Assembly (NCBI RefSeq): GCF_006345805.1
Contig: NC_043024.1
Span: 1,674,001-1,738,000 of the forward strand
Length of the DNA stretch: 64,000 nt
Direction of reading: 5' to 3'
Source: Octopus sinensis
Lineage: Eukaryota
Under the pieces are notes generated by a model, which saw only the letters and a program-made list of their open reading frames with translations, was not told where the DNA came from and searched no databases. The translations under genes and the position numbers were made by a program. Of this stretch, positions 60,256-64,000 are shown one piece after another. How positions within the stretch are numbered: the first letter of the stretch is position 1; every line of letters starts with the position of its first letter.

Positions 60256-61271
60256 TGTTATTGTTTATATCGATCCAAGTGAAGGTTTGATCCAGTGGAT
60301 CTATAGCCAAAAAGTGTCTTAAGAGCCAGCATACTCTCGTTTATTCGGCGTAGTGTGTATATGGGGAGTACATTATCCACTCGTGATAGATTAGTGAAAT
60401 AATGATGATACGTTCGTTTATTTGCCACAAGGGTCCTAAATTCGTATAACAACATGTTACTAAAAACGCTAACAGGATACGTTGGGACATGGTTCTCTAA
60501 AAACACAGGATGAGTTAAAAACGTTATACCATATATAATACAAAATATACATACATACTTGTGACCCATCCAATTGTTTTTTATTCAGGCATAGTGTATC
60601 TAGGACTATATTATCAAACGTGTGCTTAGAGAAAAGAAAAGTAGGACAGGGTGTAATAGAAGGTAGATTTGGCTGTTGTTTCTAGCAATAAATAGAGCAG
60701 CCATGTCTATGCTCCATCAGTGATTGGATTGTGCTTGTCTGTTGTTTTGCTTACATAGATGTCAGCACGAGCATCTTTTAGTTTTGTCCCTTATCCTGTA
60801 GAAGCGCAGTCCCCATGCTTTTTTGCATCATGGACCTGTTTCATGCAAAATAATTTCTCCATGAATCAGTGGATCATGCACATAACAAAACACAATTAAG
60901 TGCATCATCATCATCATCACCATCATCATCGTTTAACGTCTGCTTTCCATGCTGGCATGGGTTGGACGGTCTGACTGAAAACTGGTGAGCCAGGGAGCTG
61001 GACCAGGTTCCAATCTGATTTGGTAAGGTTTCTAAGGCTGGATGCCCTTCCAAGAGTGTAGTGGGTGCTTTTTATATGCCACTGGCATGAGAGCCGTTGA
61101 CGTAACACTGGCATCAGCCACAACTATGATCTCACTTGGTTTGACATGTCTACACATGCACGGTATACCGCCAAAGGTTTTGGTCATCTGTCACTGCCAC
61201 CATGAGGCCCAACGCTTGAGTTGTGCTAATTTAATTATTACATATATAATGCATACATATTACATTTTAAT

Positions 61272-62070
61272 TATCTTGGGTCATCCCATAAATACAGATT
61301 TTTTTTATACTTCTTTTATTTTTCAAAATTAAGATAAAGAGATGCAGCACGGATTTTTGTCAGTGAAGAGGTCGCGGTCTTAAAGTGACGAAAATATTTT
61401 GACAAATTAAACTTAAATGTTGAAGTGAATCGAATGGCTTTTGTGTGTTTCTTAAATGGCTTATAAACACCTTCCAAGCTGCAATTGTTTTCGTTTCAGC
61501 ACACGATCTCAGATCAAATCACTTGCTATGCGAGTACATCTCAGTAAAGATAAAGAAAGTTCTTCTTTTAATCTAAAATATACTCTCTTTCATTTTCTAT
61601 AATACTCTTCCATCTATCTGGTAGACTTGCAAGGTCCCTCTTCCAAAATTCACTTGTCTGTGTGAAAAGTACTCCTCCAGTACTGTTCTGAGCTTGTCTA
61701 CAAAATTCATATTTTTCCCGTCCAAATGATTTTGAAGACTGCAGAATAAATGATAATCAGATGGGGTAATGTCCAGTGAATATGGTGGGTGGGACATCAT
61801 TTCCCATTCAAACTGCTCCAGCCTTTGGAATGTCATCCTTGCTGTATGTGGCCGACCATTACCCAGATGGAGGAACACCTTTTGTCTAGAAACCAAAGAT
61901 GGTCATTTTCTGATGGCACACAGTGGTCGATGAATGGTTGAATGACCGAATCCAAGCTTCTCTGCTAGTTCCTCAACAGTTACGATGGGATTTTGTTCCA
62001 CCAGGGTTTGCAGGATGTCCCCATCAAGCTCTACAGATCTTCCATCAATGATGCTTTCCACCTGACTTTC
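61272..62070 (-). mobile_element. Internally deleted mariner transposon remnant
   Basis: ORF 61597-61896 has a degenerate HDNARPH, HPPYS(L)DITPSDYHLF and LQNHL. An HTH segment GRSVELDGDILQTLVEQNPIVTVEELAEKLG lies at ~61950-62050. TIR-like TTGGGTCATCCCATAAATA near 61275. Confidence 0.88.
61337..61544. mobile_element. hAT-like MITE nested in the mariner 3' end
   Basis: Ends AAGAGATG...CATCTCAG. Flanks TTAAGATA / TAAAGATA (7/8 TSD); alternatively a 10-bp duplication AAGATAAAGA at 61331-61340 and 61547-61556. Confidence 0.55.
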
Positions 62071-62191
62071 CAAAGACTTAATTACAACCTAATTAAGGTG
62101 TTTTTGTTTTGAAACAAATACTATTTTAAGCAAACAAGCAGGTGCGCTTTCTGCGATAATTTGAGAAGTGGTGACGAGTGACAATTCTGTA

Positions 62192-62412
62192 AATAATAAT
62201 AATATTTTATAAGCTTAAAGCTTTTAAGCGATCACCATATATCGACCAAAGAAAAGAATCTAATATTAAGACATAGAAGCCCTTGACGGGGAAAAAGTGG
62301 GTTTTCCGTATGGAAAACCATGCATACAGAAAACCTGCTTTTTTCCCCCTGGGATATACACAGTGAACGCTTATAAGCTTTAAGCTTATAGAATACTATT
62401 ATTATTATTATT
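62192..62412. mobile_element. Fold-back MITE-like element upstream of the BBS9 first coding exon
   Basis: 23-bp arms TATAAGCTTAAAGCTTTTAAGCG (62208-62230) / 62368-62390 with 1 mismatch, an inner inverted pair GGGGAAAAAGTGGGTTTTCCGTATG / CATACAGAAAACCTGCTTTTTTCCCC, and (AAT)n/(ATT)n flanks. Confidence 0.75.
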
Positions 62413-62477
62413 TAGAGAAATATCATTAATGGTTTTAGTGTCTGTGATTTCTCATTCCTCAGATTGTCCAAAGAGCA

Positions 62478-62586
62478 ATGTCGCTCTTTAAAGTGCGTGA
62501 TTGGTGGTCAACCAAAGTTGGTGTGGAGGAGGAATTTGACCAGGGATGTCTCTGTGTAGCCAACATCATCAATGGTGAGCAACATG
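62478..62586 (+). CDS. BBS9: BBS9/PTHB1 first coding exon (MSLFKVRDWWSTKVGVEEEFDQGCLCVANIINGEQH)
   Basis: Matches the BBS9 N-terminus MSLFKARDWWST...EEFDQGCLC. Acceptor AG at 62461-62462 gives a 15-nt 5'UTR part. Donor G|GTGAGT, phase 1. Confidence 0.96.
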
Positions 62587-62849
62587 GTGAGTTACAGAAT
62601 TTACTCTTTTTAAATGTATGTATGTATATATATTTTCGTAGACATAGCTAACGTTTTTTGGCTGCTATTTCTAAACTTCGGTATGTGGTAAAGCAAATCT
62701 TTGCTGAACCCTAATTATTAAGTATTACTTAAGTTTACCATGAAATGATCCTTTTTTCATGCCGAATTCTACTTGGTGAAATTATTGATTACTTCTTAAT
62801 TAATTAATTTTACCCTTTGTTATTATATATATTTTCGTAGACATATATG

Positions 62850-63420
62850 TAGCTGTGTGGTTAAGAAGCTAGCTTCCTAACCAAGTGGTTCCAGGTTCAG
62901 TCTCATTGCATGGCACCTTGGACAAGTGACTTCTGCCATAACCATTGGCATACCAAAGCCTTTTGAGTGGATTTGGTAGATGGAAACTGAAAGAAGCCCA
63001 TCGTGTATATATATATATATAGGCGCAGGAGTGACTGTGTGGTAAGTAGCTTGCTTACCAACCACATGGTTCTGGGTTCAATCCCACTGCGTGGCATCTT
63101 GGGCAAGTGTCTTCTGCTATAGCCCTGGGCTGACCAATGCCTTGTGAGTGGATTTGGTAGACAGAAACTGAAAGAAGCCTGTTGTATATATGTATATTAT
63201 ATATATATATATACATATGTGTGTGTCTGTGTTTGTCCCCCTAGCATTGCTTGACAACCGATGCTGGTGTGTTTACGTCCCCGTCTCTTAGCGGTTCGGC
63301 AAAAGAGACCCATAGAATAAGTACTGGGCTTACAAAAGAATAAGACCCGGGGTCGAGTTGCTTGACTAAAGGCGGTGCTCCAGCATGGTCGCAGTCAAAT
63401 GACTGAAACAAATAAAAGAG
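62850..63420 (+). mobile_element. SINE family A: head-only copy followed by a full copy (BBS9 intron)
   Basis: Head 62850-63003; full element ~63021-63420. Confidence 0.85.
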
Positions 63421-63727
63421 TAATATATAAAATATTTATAATAATAAAGAATATTGAGACTTGTACATCCACAAAATTCATTTATTTTTATGTAAAAAGT
63501 TTCCATGCTCTTTATTATTTTTATTATCATTATTATCAATATATACTCCAGACAATTTTTATCATCCAGCAAAGAGTACACGGAATTACCAATCGGAGGA
63601 ATTCCATCTACCAAATCCACTGACAAGGGTCTGAGAGGCAAACCTCTCACCTGTGCCGCCACACCTGGCAATAATTAAGATATTTTCGTTGCTGTTTCCT
63701 TCTCCATCCATTCCTCTTTTGTTACAG

Positions 63728-63887
63728 ATCAAATCATCACTGGGAGTTTCCAAGGAATGCTCCGGATCTACAACCCGCAACCTACCAAAACCAATCACGG
63801 ATGGAGTGGTTTCAGTCCCCAGCACCTTCTCCTCGAGACCCCGTTTCAGCTTCCCATCCTACAGATTTCTGCTGGCCAATTTGTGTC
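63728..63887 (+). CDS. BBS9: BBS9 second coding exon (DQIITGSFQGMLRIYNPQPTKTNHGWSGFSPQHLLLETPFQLPILQISAGQFVS)
   Basis: TTACAG acceptor, TC|GTGAGT donor, phase 1 to 2. Resembles human DKIIVGSFMGYLRIF...LLLE...GKFVS. The gene continues beyond the window. Confidence 0.95.
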
Positions 63888-64000
63888 GTGAGTAGCAAAA
63901 CTTGTTTAACGTTTGTGACCTGCCTAAGATGGCAAGCTGGAAGAATCTGGGCAAAATGCTTGGCAGCATTTTTGCCTGTCCTTTCTGCCGAGGTGGACTT

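Overview
Eukaryotic, intron-rich, repeat-dense genomic DNA. The SINE, MITE and microsatellite landscape looks like a coleoid cephalopod, most likely Octopus; this is recognised from memory, not from a search. Two protein-coding genes are supported, arranged head-to-head. (1) ERP44 (ER thioredoxin/PDI-family protein) on the minus strand: 12 coding exons reconstructed by hand from 45636 down to 4643, 375 codons with every intron phase compatible, CRFS active site, ~24 kb first intron; the last exon (C-tail with RDEL/KDEL) lies left of the window. (2) The 5' end of BBS9/PTHB1 on the plus strand: coding exons 62478-62586 and 63728-63887, plus a probable non-coding first exon near 59590-59680 with an X-box-like motif. 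The rest is at least four tRNA-type or (GAT)n-tailed SINE families, CR1, RTE and HERO-like (RLE) LINE fragments, mariner remnants and MITEs, piggyBac- and hAT-like MITEs, a non-autonomous Helitron, a degenerate tRNA-Phe, several long hairpins and multi-kb simple-sequence arrays. Nearly all long ORFs in the supplied track are microsatellite artefacts. I did not find one unambiguous new system. The best leads are a frame-preserving candidate ERP44 exon, SINEs with SVA-like variable module arrays, a SINE-RTE chimera, fixed-junction SINE dimers, a splice-donor-rich purine satellite and long intronic dsRNA hairpins. All identities and coordinates were read by eye.
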